The notes below the pieces were generated by a model. The model had not been told where the DNA came from. It saw nothing but the letters and a program-made list of their open reading frames with translations, and searched no databases. Made by a program: the position numbers and the translations under genes. A DNA stretch of 53,922 bases. Origin: Chiloscyllium plagiosum. Lineage: Eukaryota. This document shows positions 1 through 13,140 of the stretch, piece after piece (the first letter of the stretch is position 1; the number at the start of each line of letters is the position of its first letter). The stretch spans positions 46,062,091-46,116,012 of the forward strand of contig NC_057728.1 of the NCBI RefSeq assembly GCF_004010195.1, read 5' to 3'.

Positions 1-742
1 CGGAGGGGTCGGGAAGAAGATTGCAGGTTAGGAAGGCGGTGTTGAGTTCGATGGATTTGACTGAGACAAGGTGGGGGGAGGGGAGATGAGGAAACTGGTG
101 AAATCCGAGTTCATCCCTTGTGGTTGGAGGGTTCCTAGGCGGAAGATGAGGCGCTCTTCCTCCAACCGTCGTGTTGTTGTGGTCTGGTGATGGAGGAGTC
201 CAAAAACCTGCATATCCTTGTGGGCGCAAGTCTTGCACCTCCTGCGGTTGCAGGGGAGGGTGCCGGGAGTGGAGGTTGGGTTGGTGGGGGGGTGTGGGTC
301 TGATGAGGGAGTCACGGAGGGAGTGGTCTTTACGGAATGCTGATAGGGGAGGGGAGGGAGATATATCCTTGGTGGTGGGGTCCGTTTGGAGGTGGCGGAA
401 ATGACGGCGGATGATGCGCTGTACATGGAGATTGGTGGGGTGGTAGGTGAGGACCAGTGGGGTTCTGTCCTGGTGGTGGTTGGACGGGCGGGGCTCAAGG
501 GCGGAGGAGCGGGAAGTGGAAGAATGCGGTGGGGGTGGTAGGTGAGGACCAGTGGGGTTCTGTCCTGGTGGTGGTTGGACGGGCGGGGCTCAAGGGCGGA
601 GGAGCGGGAAGTGGAAGAGATGCGGTGGAGGGCATCATCGACTACGTCTGGCAGTCCTTGAAGAAGGAGGCCATCTGGGTTGTACGGTTTTGGAATTGGT
701 CCTCCTGGGAGCAGATGCGGCGGAGATGAAGGAATTGGGAAT
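1..742 (-). mobile_element. Penelope-like retroelement (Neptune-like), decayed 3' part of ORF with GIY-YIG C-terminus, internal deletion near 220; runs off window start
   Basis: Minus ORF contains PCNRRRCKTCAH and TTRRLEEERLIFRLGTLQPQGMN; shares TTRRLEE with the copy at 34272. Confidence 0.85.
437..628. repeat. 95-bp tandem duplication inside the PLE
   Basis: ggggtggtaggtgaggaccagtgggg...gggaagtggaaga starts at both 437 and 532. Confidence 0.95.
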
Positions 743-749
743 ATGTAGT

Positions 750-1230
750 GTAATGTAGTGTTTGTTACAGTTCTTACAAGGCATTTTGTAAATGATTCCT
801 TTACATTTATTTACATATACATTTGCACTTACATATACATAAATAATTTATTGTGTTCATAAACGTGCAGCCACAAAAAGACATGACCCACTCTCACGAG
901 TGTCCTTACATACAGATGAGGAAGGACACCACTTCGACACCATCTACCTGAGGACAAGGCAAGCAGAGACACCCATGAAAAACCCGAGAAACATGGCATT
1001 CCAACCGAAACTCTATTAACAAACACATTGACTTCGATCTCATCTACCAGCCCCTGAGAAAAAGAACAGGAAATGACATCACCAAGCCAAGGAAACCTAA
1101 ACACATAAATAGAAAGCAGGCCATGACAGCAGTGCTCTATCTGTAGGTTCAATCATGATATGACGGAGTATCATGATGAAATGTCTGAAAATGAACCCTC
1201 CAGCTCAGCGAGCAAACCTAAATCTACAAT
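750..1230 (+). mobile_element. Penelope/Poseidon-like element 3' fragment, preceded by a short inverted piece (750-795)
   Basis: 860-1230 resembles 12720-13100; 750-795 is the reverse complement of the YKIPCKNCNKHY segment (12630-12675). Confidence 0.8.
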
Positions 1231-1418
1231 GTTGTTAAATAAAGAGGAGCAGGGAAAAGAAAAATGTCAGATGCAATATCAGTTCATGATAAATAGATGC
1301 CACAGAAAACAGAAAACAAAATTAAGGATTGGACAAAATAGCACGTTATTTTTTTCTCAAATTTCCATTTCCGGGTATATATTATCATTGGCAGTGTTCA
1401 GATTTGGACAATGATCTA

Positions 1419-2299
1419 TGTTAAAGTGTAGAAGGAGATTAAATGTAATGGAATAAATAACAGAAATTGGAGTTAACCTTGGTTGGAGTAAAGCTTAACC
1501 CAAGTCAAGACTGGTAAAGTGACCATGGACCCAAAATTGGACAATCAAAATTGACCCACAGACACAGAAATTGGCCTGAAACAAAATTGGCCAAACTAAA
1601 TTAAGTAGCAGCCAGTAGCCAGCTCATCTCAGGTACAGAGAACAGTGGAAACCAAGGTCAAAGAAGTCACAAAGGTTCAGGGGGAACCTGTTACAACCAG
1701 CCCAAGAGTTGTGTCTTGGTATCTTGACTTTCTGGTACCTTGACTTCCAGCCTGTGTCTGAGACATACACTCTGCTCCACCCCAGTATGACACTAGTGAA
1801 GGGTATTGGCATGACCCCATTGAATGCTTTGAAATTGCTCATGACACCATTGGCCAAAGGCCACAGAACATTCAGGAAGGTTCGGGGCAAGGGGGATAAA
1901 AACCTGGAAGTCACCCCCTTAGCGCAGACTGTCATCAAGACTCATGGGAGTAGGCTGTGCGGCAACTCAATCAGATGCAGAAAACGATCCACCCTGACAT
2001 GTGAGACCCATCTTCATGGAAAAGAGTCAGTCCTATGTCAGAACGGAAGGACATTCTGAAAGCACAGCTCAAACACCTGGATCATTGCGGGTAATATCCT
2101 CTCTTAGACAGAGCTAGCTAGAGAGTAAATATTGTAGGAATTTGGGAAACACTCACATAATGTTTTCAATAATGAATTTTTGTCCATAAAATCAATTTAA
2201 ACTGAATCGTGTATCCCTTTGCCCACCTTAATGACAAGAGCACTTGTGTAAATGTTTTTAAAATATAAACTGGTAAAAGTGTCCAAAGCAGAGTTAACA
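1419..2299 (+). mobile_element. Possible solo LTR (boundaries uncertain)
   Basis: TGTTAA...TTAACA ends, repeated AAATTGG motifs 1524-1595, GGGGGATAAAA near 1892; no TSD found. Confidence 0.3.
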
Positions 2300-3117
2300 C
2301 AAGTGACCATTGGTATTACAGATGTTAAGATATTTTGATACCAGTATTATTGGACATTTCAAGATTAAAGAAGGATACTAGCTAACACATGTTTCATCAT
2401 GCAGCTAGCTAATAGTTCTTGGTTATGCTCCATAGAATAAAGAAAAAAATTCTATAAATACAGAGTGCTCTGCACATCTGACTTCATTTATCCCATCCGA
2501 AAGTAAAGAACAGATGTGATGTAAGAGATCAGATTAGAGTTGGGAAAAGAAGAAGACATAAACAACCCTTTTTAGGTTTGCCTTAAGAGGACAATTTTTT
2601 ACCATTTCTTCTCTCATCTTGTCTTGATGAGACTACTACAGCGTTCTTACTTTTTAATGCCTTGTCAAGTAATCATTCTTAATGTGCCTATCTAGAAACA
2701 AAGGACACATTTATCCTCCATGACTGCCTAAAAGCAGGACTAAGGACAAGGGAAAATGAGAAAGTATTCACTAGTGTCAATTGCTGATGACTCATTGCAC
2801 TGATCTGGATTTATTTCTCCAGCTCCAGCCAGAGCTGCCATTGACTATCCCTCTTCCACACATTGAATGTAATTGCTGGTGGGGTAAGCTGTGTCCAACT
2901 TGCTTGCTGCTTTTCCCCATTTCCTTTTCTTTCCACAACAGCCATAAGGAAGTTGGCAGGGCTATTTGCAGGTCATCTGTGAATTGCATGTAGCTAATTA
3001 ATAATAGCTAAAGGCCTCTTAAAGTTCTTTGGCCAGACGTACTTTACAGGGGCCCTTGAGGTGTGAGGACTCGGCCTGCTGGAGGTGACCTTTAAGATGT
3101 ACACTAGGGTCCCTGAC

Positions 3118-3168
3118 ACGCACATGCACACACACTCACACAGAGACAACCTTAACCACACATCACAC
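3118..3168. repeat. Degenerate (CA)n microsatellite
   Basis: cacgcacatgcacacacactcacacag... Confidence 0.6.
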
Positions 3169-3399
3169 CTGTCACTTCTGAGGCCACTTTTAAAAATGAA
3201 AATTTAAATACTGAATCTGGAATCAAAGGAAAACATTAACAGGCAGTAAACAGAGTTCTATAGGACAATAAGCCTGAAGCTAATTGTTGATATTGCTTTC
3301 TCCACGATCCGTCTGGCTTAAATCCAAACACTTGGGTGTGGCCTTAAAACCTCGTGACAAAAGAGATATAATCATGCTACAGCATTTAATAATGAACCA

Positions 3400-4830
3400 T
3401 GTGGCATTATCATCATGTTAAATGAGACAGACTTTGAACAGGTCTAACAACTCAAAACTGGGCATCCATGAGGTGGATTATCACTGTTGATAGCACTGAA
3501 TAATCAGCAACAGCAGAACCTTACTCCACCATAACCTGTAACCTCATGATACAGTGTATCTCCCACTCTACTATTACCCTCAAGCCAGGAGATCAACCCT
3601 GGTTCAATTTATAGTGCAGACAGGTATGCCAGGAGCAGAAGTGGGGATGTTTGCTTATGTTTGCATAATGTTCAGCATCATTCGCAACCCCCCAGATGCT
3701 GAATCAATCTAAGTCCAAAAAAGCAAGATCTGGATAATATCCAGAGCTGACAAATGACAAATGACATTGCCTAGCACTTATGTGTGGCACCAATGATCAC
3801 CTCCAACAATAAAGAATTAAATCATTACTCCTTGCCATTCAATGACATTACTACATTGAATCTGCCACTATCAACATCCTGGAGTTACCATTGACCATAA
3901 ACTGAATTAAACTAATCATACGCATACATGGATTCAAGAGCAAGTCAGAGTCTAGGAATTCTGCAGTAACTCCTATCGACTTCCCAAAACCTGTTCACTA
4001 CCTACAAAGCATAAGTTAAGAGTCTGATGCAATACTCCCCACTTGTCTGGATGAGTATAGGTCCAACAACACCCAAGAGACTACATTCACTCCCTCTACA
4101 CTGACATCCAGTAGAAGCAAATCATATTATCTACAAGATGCACTGCAGAAATTCACCATAACTCCTTAGACAGATTCATCTACAACCAATACCATCTAGG
4201 AGGACACGAGTATACATGAGAACACTGTTATCTGAAAGCTATTCCTCTCCAAGCTATTCACCAACCTGATTTGGAGATATATCACCTTTCCTTTAGGGTC
4301 ACTTGGTTGGAATCCTGGAACTTTCTCCATAATGACATTATGGGTATCTATACCAAAGGGACAGCATTGGATCAAAATAGCATCCCCACAGTGTGGAAAC
4401 AGGCCATTTGGCCCAACAAGTGCACACTAACCCTCTTAAGAGTATCCCATCTAGACCCAGCCCCCTACCCTATCCCTGTAACCCTGCATTTCCCCATGGC
4501 TAATGCACCCAAGCTACATATCCCTGGACACTATGGGCAGTTTACTATGGCCAATCCACCTAACCTGCACATCTTTTAACTGAGGGAGGAAACCAGAGCA
4601 CCTGGAGGAAACCCATGCAGACACGGAGAGCACGTGCAAACTCCACACAGACAGACAGTCATCCAAGATTGGAATCAAACCCAGTCCCTGGCACTGTGAG
4701 GCAGCAGTGCTAAGCACTGAGTCACCATGCCACCCTACGGCAGCTCACCACCAACTTCTGAAGGGCAAATAGGGATGGGGAAGAAATCCTGGCCTGGGCA
4801 GTGGTGTCCATGTTCTATGAGTGAATAAAA
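3400..4830 (+). mobile_element. Decayed L2/CR1-group LINE with internal deletions, interrupted by an HE1 SINE
   Basis: Shares blocks with 23040-25985 (aagccagg.gatcaaccctggttcaat; ctacaagatgcactg; cagctcaccacc...agggca..tagggatggg...gaataaaa tail). Confidence 0.75.
4378..4735 (-). mobile_element. HE1 SINE (tRNA-derived V-SINE)
   Basis: Reverse complement of the SINE at 4850-5172; nested in the LINE 3' end. Confidence 0.9.
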
Positions 4831-4849
4831 TGTTTTTCAAATTCATGGT

Positions 4850-5172
4850 GGGCGGCACGGTGGCACAGTGGTTAGCACTGCTGCCTCACAACGCCAGAGA
4901 CCCGGGTTCAATTCCCGCCTCAGGCGACTGACTGTGTGGAGTTTGCACGTTCTCCCCGTGTCTGTGTGGGTTTCCTCCGGGTGCTCCGGTTTCCTCCCAC
5001 AGTCCAAAGATGTGCAGGTCAGGTGAATTGGCCATGCTAAAATTGCCCGTAGTGTTAGGTAAGGGGTAAATGTAGGGGTATGGGTGGGTTGCGCTTCGGC
5101 GGGTTGGTGTGGACTTGTTGGGCCGAAGGGCCTGTTTCCACACTGTAATGTAATCTAATCTGTAATCTAATA
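4850..5172 (+). mobile_element. HE1 SINE (V-SINE), full length, CpG-rich
   Basis: A box TGGCACAGTGG 4861, B box GGTTCAATTCC 4905, V-domain gtgggtttcctccgggtgctccggtttcctcccacagtccaaagatgtgc, CR1-like tail with TAATC repeats. Confidence 0.95.
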
Positions 5173-5174
5173 AC

Positions 5175-5405
5175 TACAAATTGAGTGGTGATAGATTTAA
5201 GACAGATGTCAGAGGCAGGTTCTTTACTCAGATAGTGGTAAGGGCAAGGAATGCCCTGTTGGCCAATTTAGTTAACACAGCCACATTAGGGAGGTTTAAA
5301 CAATCTTTGGATAAGCACATGGATGATGATGGGATGGGCTTAGATTGGTACACAGGTTGGCACAGCATTGAGGGCCGAAGGGCCTGTTTCATGAATTGTT
5401 CCATG
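5175..5405 (+). mobile_element. CR1/HER1 LINE 3' fragment
   Basis: FKTDVRGRFFTQIVVRARNAL...FKQSLDKHMD; ggccgaagggcctgttt tail. Confidence 0.85.
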
Positions 5406-6354
5406 TCCATATTCCATGGCAGAACTGATCAGACTTTCCATTATGCTGACAGATACTCCAGGCACACAGGGCAGAGGAAGCACAGACCAAAGAGCAGGTT
5501 GCAATTGCTATGGAAGACATCATGCAAAAGAGAAGAAGGCATGTCCAGTGTGGGGAAATCAGCTTCTTACTACAAGAAATGGAGTCATTGTTTCACACAA
5601 GATTGTGGTGAAAGGAAAGCACAACAAGCTGGTGAAGAGGAAACAACTGAAAATTCTGCCTAATTGCTATACACTATAGACATGTTTGGTTCGATCAATT
5701 GGATAGATTTGTGTGTTTTGTGCCTGTCGTAATGAGGAGTGGAGCAGGAGACTATCAAGTCACCATAAAACGTCAGGTAAATACCAGTGCATTGTCCAAT
5801 ATCATGAGTTTCACAGTGTAAAGTGGCTCAAAATGGTGATATCAAAGCATGAAGTCCCTTAAAGTTAAGGTTAAGACTATATGAGTACAAGAGTAAAGAA
5901 GCCTTGCCTTAACTATAAAGCAACTTCCTAAAGTAAGCACACCTGGATACATAGTCTTGGTTGTTTTACCGAAGGAAGGATATGCATGACATAGTGTGGA
6001 TGCAATATTGTTAATTCGGCAAATATCTGGACTGGGAAGGCTAGCCTATGAGGTAACACTGAGTAGAATGTCACAGATTTTCAGAAATCTTTGGAAAGAA
6101 ATGAGAAGTGATCTCAAAAATCTGAAAGGTTCAATCAACCAGGTTATTGTTTAGGAGTGACTGGGGAGTCTATAACCTCAAGTTCACAGTTTCATAATAA
6201 ACTATTGACCATTTAAAAGTGAGATGGGAGAAATTAATTCAGTCAAACAGTCATGAAACTTTAGAATTCTTTATTCCAGACAGTTGTATTTGTGTTCAAA
6301 TTAAGAGCCAATAATTTTTCACGTACTAAGGAAATCAACAGACGGAAGAAAATA

Positions 6355-6478
6355 AGAAATCAAAAGAACCATGGATGCTGGAAATCAGAAACAAAAACAA
6401 ATATTGCTGGAAAAGCTCAACAGGTCTGTGGAGAGAAATCAGAGTTAATGTTTCTGGTCCAGTGACCCTTCCTCAGGA
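6355..6478 (-). mobile_element. Short PLE terminal-repeat (pLTR) derivative with hammerhead-like motif
   Basis: Minus strand CTGAGGA AGGGTC ACTG GACCA GAAAC ATT at 6476-6447; homologous to 13545, 30290, 36575 and 46318. Confidence 0.7.
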
Positions 6479-6519
6479 TTGGAGATAATGTCAGAATGTA
6501 GTTGTATATTCAGAAAGAA

Positions 6520-6790
6520 AAGGATTAGGCCATTCGGCCTCTCGCTCTGCCATCTGATGAGATCATGGCTGGTTTGATTGCGGCCTATACTCCACCTTCA
6601 TGTTTCCCACCGACATCTTTTAATTCCCTTGTTCATTCAATAAATTCAGCTTTAAAAATGTTCACTGGTCCTGCCTCAATGGGTCTTTTGGTACAGGAAT
6701 TGCACAGACTAATGACTTGTTAATAGAAAAAAGACTCCTCATCTCCAACTTAAATGCGTCTGGGCCTTATTTGTCAACAAGGTTCCTCAC
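6520..6790 (-). mobile_element. CR1 LINE 3' tail, decayed
   Basis: taggccattcggcct...gagatcatggctg, reverse of a CR1 3' UTR. Confidence 0.6.
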
Positions 6791-9121
6791 TTTGAGGAGT
6801 ACTGAAGTAGAAGACTAGCTACAACCTTACTGAATGGCAAAAGAGTCATCACAGACTGTATGACATATCTCTGCTACTATATTTTATCTTCTACATTCTT
6901 GGAGATTTTCATATTCTGATTTATTTGTTTAGGGCCATCTGAATAAATGGATATAATTCAAAAAGTGAATGTCATAGACTTTGTAATGGAGAAGATGAAT
7001 GATAATTGATACTCCGAACTGATCAAACTAAGCTAATGCGCAATGAGGCTAAAAATAGACAATGCAGTTTATAAAAAAAAATGAAGGGTGTATCCAGAAG
7101 CCACTAACTAATCAAAACATTGTATGTAAATGCAAAGGCAACTGGAATGTATGATTGTAACAGGAGAAAATAAGTCACTGCCACTGTTTAAAGCAGTGAT
7201 GTGAACATAAATGAAATATTTTGAACTGTCACTTAATTTATGAAATAATACACTGAAAACTATTTGAAGAATAGGAATGAGAATAATTGAAGGATTTAGA
7301 TCAATGAGCTATGAAAAGGAGACTAATTGAATTCAATATTTCCTCATTGGATAAAATGAATATTAAGGGAGAAATGATCCATGCTATTAAAATTGTGAAG
7401 GAATCAATAGAATAAATTTAATATTTGAGATATTTTACCCAGACTAAAGAAATTATTTAAATGAAGGAGATTGTGAAGATATACATGGACCTATTCCATC
7501 ACCCATAACGTAATCAGCCAACATCAATGCTGATGTATTCAGAAAAAATGTGCAGGACTTTCAGATTCATGAAGAGTACAGAGTTTGAACATCGTGTTGA
7601 TATTGGAGCAAAACAAAAGGGCTCTGTGCACATTCTGGAAAAGGACATGAACAAAACATCAAGATAGTCTGTGCCTGTTAATTATATGTAGACAGTAAAA
7701 TGAATTATACAATAAGCACCCATTGCCAGTATCTCTCAGAGGTAAAGGTTAACTGCTGATTAAAGCACCTCTGGCCAGCAAACTGTTTTACTCAATCTCA
7801 GAAGAACACCTATTATTGTGCTAGCATAGTACTTTTAAGCATCATTCAGAATGGTTTGAATAATTTAGCCATAACCTGAGTAAGTTCTGAAGATGAATAG
7901 CAACTGCTCAGATTTATGTTTTATACAAGAAAACAGGTAAACAGAAAAAGCATTAATGTTTTCAATTCAAGATATATGCAAAGTCTAGTCTCACAATCAA
8001 AAGGGCCCTAACTTCTTATAATAATCCTGACCCATCATTGCTAAGCATTACTACAGCATATTGCTTTATTTTACTTCACTCAACCTATTTTTCCACAGTA
8101 TGAAGGCCATTAAAAACTCATTTGTTCTGACGAAGAACTGTCCAAAATAATTAAGAATGAAGGGTCAGAAGTAATGCCATGCTGAAACATGGAATGTAAA
8201 GGCAGTCACTAAATTAACAGATTTACAGCGCCTACATTTGTGAACAAAGGCTACTGCTCTGTTCTATTTGACTTTAATTAGTGTAATTGATAATAGTTTA
8301 GAGTTCCTTGCTAAGCTAATCATGCAGATACATCTTTTCCTGTCAAAAAGAAGATTAAAAGCAGCTGGGCATCATTTATTAATACTGAAACCCGGGAAGG
8401 AAGGAATAAAGATTATTGTTTTCATGGCCATTAGGGATTTCATGTCTTCAGTAATGAATAATGCATCCAATAGCAGCAGTCACAGGTACACCAAGAGAAA
8501 ATGAAGGACATGCAAGAAGAGCTGCAATCAATGAAAGATAAATTAACTGTTACTGGTTAGTATCCAAATTTGTAGTTTTGAGTTAGAAAATAATGGCTAG
8601 AAATTGTCAATATGATTCACACAGAAACCAATCAATATCTTCTCAGTTAATTAACAATATTCTGTGCAGATGTATTCATAAGAGCAAATGGCTTATAATA
8701 ATTCTGTGCATCATCTTTGCAATTTTGGAAAAAAGACATTTAACATGTTGATACAAAATTACAAATCAATTTAGGGTGAATTAAATGAAAATGCCAATTC
8801 TGTAGATGCTGAGTAGAAGATGAGATTTACATGGATGCTGCCAGGACTTTATTAATTGAAACTCAGGAAAGAAGGAATAAAGATGATTATTTTAAATGGC
8901 AACTAGGGATTTCATGTTTTTATTTATGGTTTTTCAAATCTTTCTTTCTTTGCTGTTTGGTTTGTAAACTTCAGAGAATATATAATTTCCATTCTTCTGT
9001 GCTTCTCCAATTGTAAGAACTTTTTTTAGTGGTATAAACTTACACTTTTTATGTATTTATTAGGCAGTCCATATGGCTTTAGGATAAGAGCTTCCTCCAA
9101 TGGAGCAAAAACTGTGATTCC

Positions 9122-9435
9122 TGGCTCAGTGGTTAGCACTGCTGCCTCACAGTGCCAGGGACCCGGGTTCAATTCCTGCCTCAGGCAACTGTCTGTGTGG
9201 AGTTTGCACATTCTCCCCATGTCTGCATGGGTTTCCTCTGAGTGCTCCCATTTCCTCCCACAGTCCAAAGATATGCAGGTTAGGTGAATTGGCCAAGCTA
9301 AATTGCCCGTAGTGTTAGGTGGATTAGTCAGAGGTAAATGTAGGGGAATGGGTCTGGGTGGGTTGCTCTTCGGAGGGTTGGTGTGGACTTGTTGGGCCGA
9401 AGGGCCTGTTTCCACACTGTGGGGAATCTAATCTA
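9122..9435 (+). mobile_element. HE1 SINE
   Basis: A/B boxes, V-domain and aatctaatcta tail as in the 4850 copy. Confidence 0.95.
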
Positions 9436-10974
9436 CTTGACTTTATTAAGGCAGCCCAATTTGTATGCACCTTTGAAAAGAAAGGAAACCTTTGCAAATG
9501 AGGGAAAATAATGTATATCTTAATCTTGATATTACTTTTAACTAACAAGCATTTTATTGAATGGTTTGGAATATTCGTGACCTTCACTGGACTGTTATAC
9601 GGCATTTAGAAATGAATGGTCAACAGTGATGAAGCCATTTTGTTGCAAAAAAATACATTACATCAGTCAGTGTGAAATACCTTGCAATGCAACTATGACC
9701 TAACAAGGGTAATATTGTTTTGTTGAGTTTAAATTCCAATATGTGGTTTAGTGCTTTAAATGCTAATGCCCATCTTGACATTTTTGTCAACGTTTTTCAT
9801 TTTCAGTATGCCAGTCAAGGATGAAGGTTTATTTCTACCACTGTATACTTCTTAAAAGCCTAGCTTCATGTTATTTTGTGCTCCTTTCCTCTAAAGCTAG
9901 TCAAAGATCATCTGTACACAGACAGCACAAAGAAATTGTTTTTCCACCCATCCAAATACTACAATCAGTACAATTTAAAAGCTTCTGAGACATAGTTATT
10001 CCAATTCGGTCTTTTTTTTAGGATTCCTTAAACCACATATCCATTCAAATAGAAAATTTCTCTCGGAGACTTCAGACATATTTTAAAATCCATCTAATCA
10101 ATTGCATCATCAGCAAACTTTAACATCTAAATTGTTAAATGCATTGCATGCCAGTGCTATTCTGTTTCAAAATCATTCATACGTTACAAAAAAATATAAT
10201 CTGGCCTGGTTTTGACATGACGTGCTTTAGTTTGGAAACGGTTGGCCAATGAATCGTGTAATGAGTTTGGACACATCTTGTTATGAACAGGTTGCTTATT
10301 AAGATGCTATATCTGTTAATTTCAGTGTTCAGGAATTTAGTCTATCAATATGTTTTTTCTGTTTAGCAATTTAACTCATTCACTACTAGAGATGTCATTT
10401 GACATCATTCCAAATTACAATTCTTGGCTTCACAAAAGTACCAGATGGTATCAAGTTATGCAGATGGGCAGAGTATATTGAAACATAAGCAAGTTAAAAC
10501 ACTGCATTGTGACAATAATTAACTAAATTTAAACAAAAGGTTAATTAAATGTAAGTATAAATCTTCACAGCAATATTTTTAAACTCTGTGATAATTCATA
10601 GCTGATAATGTCAGGTATAAACTCAGATATCAGTTTGGTTCAGTTAGTAGCACCCCCCATCTTTATAGTCAGGAAGCAATTCAAACCCAATCCTATACTG
10701 GAGCATTTCCATGTTGTGCTGAAGGAGAACTGTTATACTGGAAGAGGCATATTTTGGATGATGTGTGCACCCAAGCAGGCAGGCATAACATATTTTGGGT
10801 TTTCTTTGAAGAAGCAGAACAAGGAGTTCTAACCAAAATTCTAGTCAAAATTCTTCAGGCATCACCATCCAAGAAGACTATCTGGTTATACATTGATCTG
10901 TCCTCAATAAATAACAGACTATATTTGCAAGTGACCTATTTCTTATCAACCCCTCACGGATATCATAAGGATTT

Positions 10975-11780
10975 GTGGATGTAAGTTTGCTCACTGAGCT
11001 GGAAGGTTCATTTTCAGATGTTTGTCATCATATTAGGTAACATTATCAGTGAGCATCCAGTGAAGCACTGGTGGTATGGCCGGCTTTTTATTTATGTGTT
11101 TAGGTTTCCTTGGGTTGATAATATCATTTCCTGTGATGTCATTTCTTGTGGTGATGTCATTTCCTGTTCTTTTTCTCAGTGGGTGGGTAAATGGGACCAA
11201 AGTCAATGTGTTTGCTGATAGAGTTCTATGTTTCTAGGAATTCTCGTGCATGTCTCTGTTTGGCTCGTCCTAGGATAAATGTGTTGTCCCAGTCGAAGTG
11301 GTGTCCTTCTTCATCTGTATGTAAAGAGACTAGTGAGAGTGGGTCATATCTTTTAGTGGCCAGTTGATGTTCATGTATTCTGGTGGCTAGTTTTCTGCCT
11401 GTTTGTCCAATGTAGTGTTTATTACAGTTCTTGCAAGGTATTTGAAAATGACATTAGCTTTCCTTTTTTTCTGTATAGGGTCTTACAAGTTCATTAGCTG
11501 CTGTTTTAGTGTGTTGGCGTGTTTGTGGGTTACCATGATGTCAAGAGGTCTGAGTAGTCTGGCAGTCATTTCTGAGATGTCTTTGATGTAGCGGAGAGTG
11601 ACTAGGGTTTCTGGACACGTTTTGTCTGCTTGTTTGGGTTTGTTGCTGAGAAGTCAGTGAACTGTGTTCATTGGGTACACGTTCTTTTTGAATACACCGT
11701 ATAGGTGATTTTCCTCTGCTCTTTGTAGTTCGTCTGTGCTACAGTGTGTGGTGGCTCATTGAAATAATGTTCTTATGCAG
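10975..11780 (-). mobile_element. Penelope/Poseidon-like element, inverted 3' copy (left arm)
   Basis: Reverse complement of about 12310-13105. Confidence 0.9.
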
Positions 11781-11784
11781 TTCC

Positions 11785-13140
11785 GTTATTCCCTATTCAT
11801 GTCCATCAACATCAACCTGGCCAAGGAAACAATGATTACACTATTAGAAGAACCAAAGACGCATACACCAAACACCACCAACTTCATCAGCAAGGACAAT
11901 ATCGTCAAGCTAGTGGACCTATGCCTTACCACCCACTTTACCTTCAACAACAAAATCTACAGACAAACCAATGGAACACTCTATCAGAGTTCTTAACAGA
12001 GGCAGTAATGCAGAGACTCGAACAAACAGCTCTCTCAACCATCCAATCCAAACTTTAGATCCGCTTCATGGATGACACCTTTATCTTCACTAAACAAAAC
12101 AAGTTGGAGAAAACCTTCAAGACCATCAATAATGCTCTTACTGGCATAAAATTCACTAAAGAGGAGGAAAACAACAACAAACTGCAATTCCTAACCATCG
12201 CAGTAGAATGAACAGCTAATGGGGAACTTTAAACCAGCGTATACAGGACAACAACACATACGGACCAAGTACTGAACTACAGAAGCAATCATCCCAACAC
12301 TCACAAACAGAGCTGCATTACAATATTATTTCAATGAGCAACTACACACTGTAACTATGGAGAACAGAGGAAATTCACCTACATTGTATATTCAAAAAGA
12401 ATGGGTACCCAATGAACACAGTCCACCGATTTCTCAGCAACAAACCCAAACAAGCAAACAAAACGCGTCCAGAAACCCTAGCCACTCTCCCCTATATCAA
12501 AGACATCTCAGAAATGACTGCCAGACTATTCAGACCTCTTGGCATCATGGTAGCCCACAAACACACTAAGACACTATCGCAGCAGATAATTAAGTTGAAA
12601 GACCCTATACAGAAAACGAGCAAAGCTAATGTCATTTACAAAATACCTTGCAAGAACTGTAACAAACACTACATTGGACATACCGGCAGAAAACTAGTCA
12701 CCAGGATTCATAAACATCAACTAGCCACAAAAAACATGACACACTCTCACTAGTATCTTTACACACAGATGAGATAGGACACCACTTCGACTGGGACAAC
12801 ACATCCATCCTAGGACAAGCCAAACAGAGACATGTGCGAGAATTCCTAGAAGCGTGGCACTTCAACCGAAACTCTATCAACAAACACATTGACTTGGATC
12901 CCATTTACTGCCCCATGAGAAAAAGAACAGGAAATGATTTCACCACAGGAAATGACATCACCTTCCCAAGAAGACCTAAACACATAAATGAAAAGCGGCC
13001 ATACTGCCAATGCTTCACAGGAGGCTCACTGATGATGTTTCCTAGTATGGTGATGAAATGTCTGAAAACGAACCTTGTAGCTCAGCAAACAAACTTACAT
13101 CCAGAACCTCAACCTGAGCTACAAATCTTTTCAAAACCCA
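11785..13140 (+). mobile_element. Penelope/Poseidon-like element: decayed RT, GIY-YIG and pLTR
   Basis: CLTTHFTFNNKIYRQTNG, RFMDDTF (YVDD-like, 12062), NVIYKIPCKNCNKHYIGHTGRKL, REFLEAWH; stops and frameshifts. Confidence 0.92.
13025..13066 (+). ncRNA. Minimal hammerhead ribozyme motif (decayed) in PLE terminus
   Basis: tca-CTGATGA-tgtttcc tagtat ggtgat-GAAA-TGTC-tga. Confidence 0.65.

Larger units (their letters stand above)
5860..6890 (+). mobile_element. Old CR1 LINE 3' region with nested insertions
   Basis: Degenerate EYKS.. and ttcagtcaaacagtcatgaaactttagaattc blocks matching CR1 RT C-terminus and tail. Confidence 0.55.

Noticed and set aside
1624..2059. 104-aa and 116-aa overlapping ORFs
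   Set aside because: No recognisable domain or splice support; lie in LTR-like sequence.
4850..4925. tRNA gene-like A/B boxes (also 9122, 36760, 50610)
   Set aside because: SINE heads continuing into V-domain or truncated; not tRNA genes.
9026..9415. ORFs over HE1 SINEs (also 4886, 50360, 50481)
   Set aside because: Recurrent SINE-derived pseudo-ORFs, not genes.
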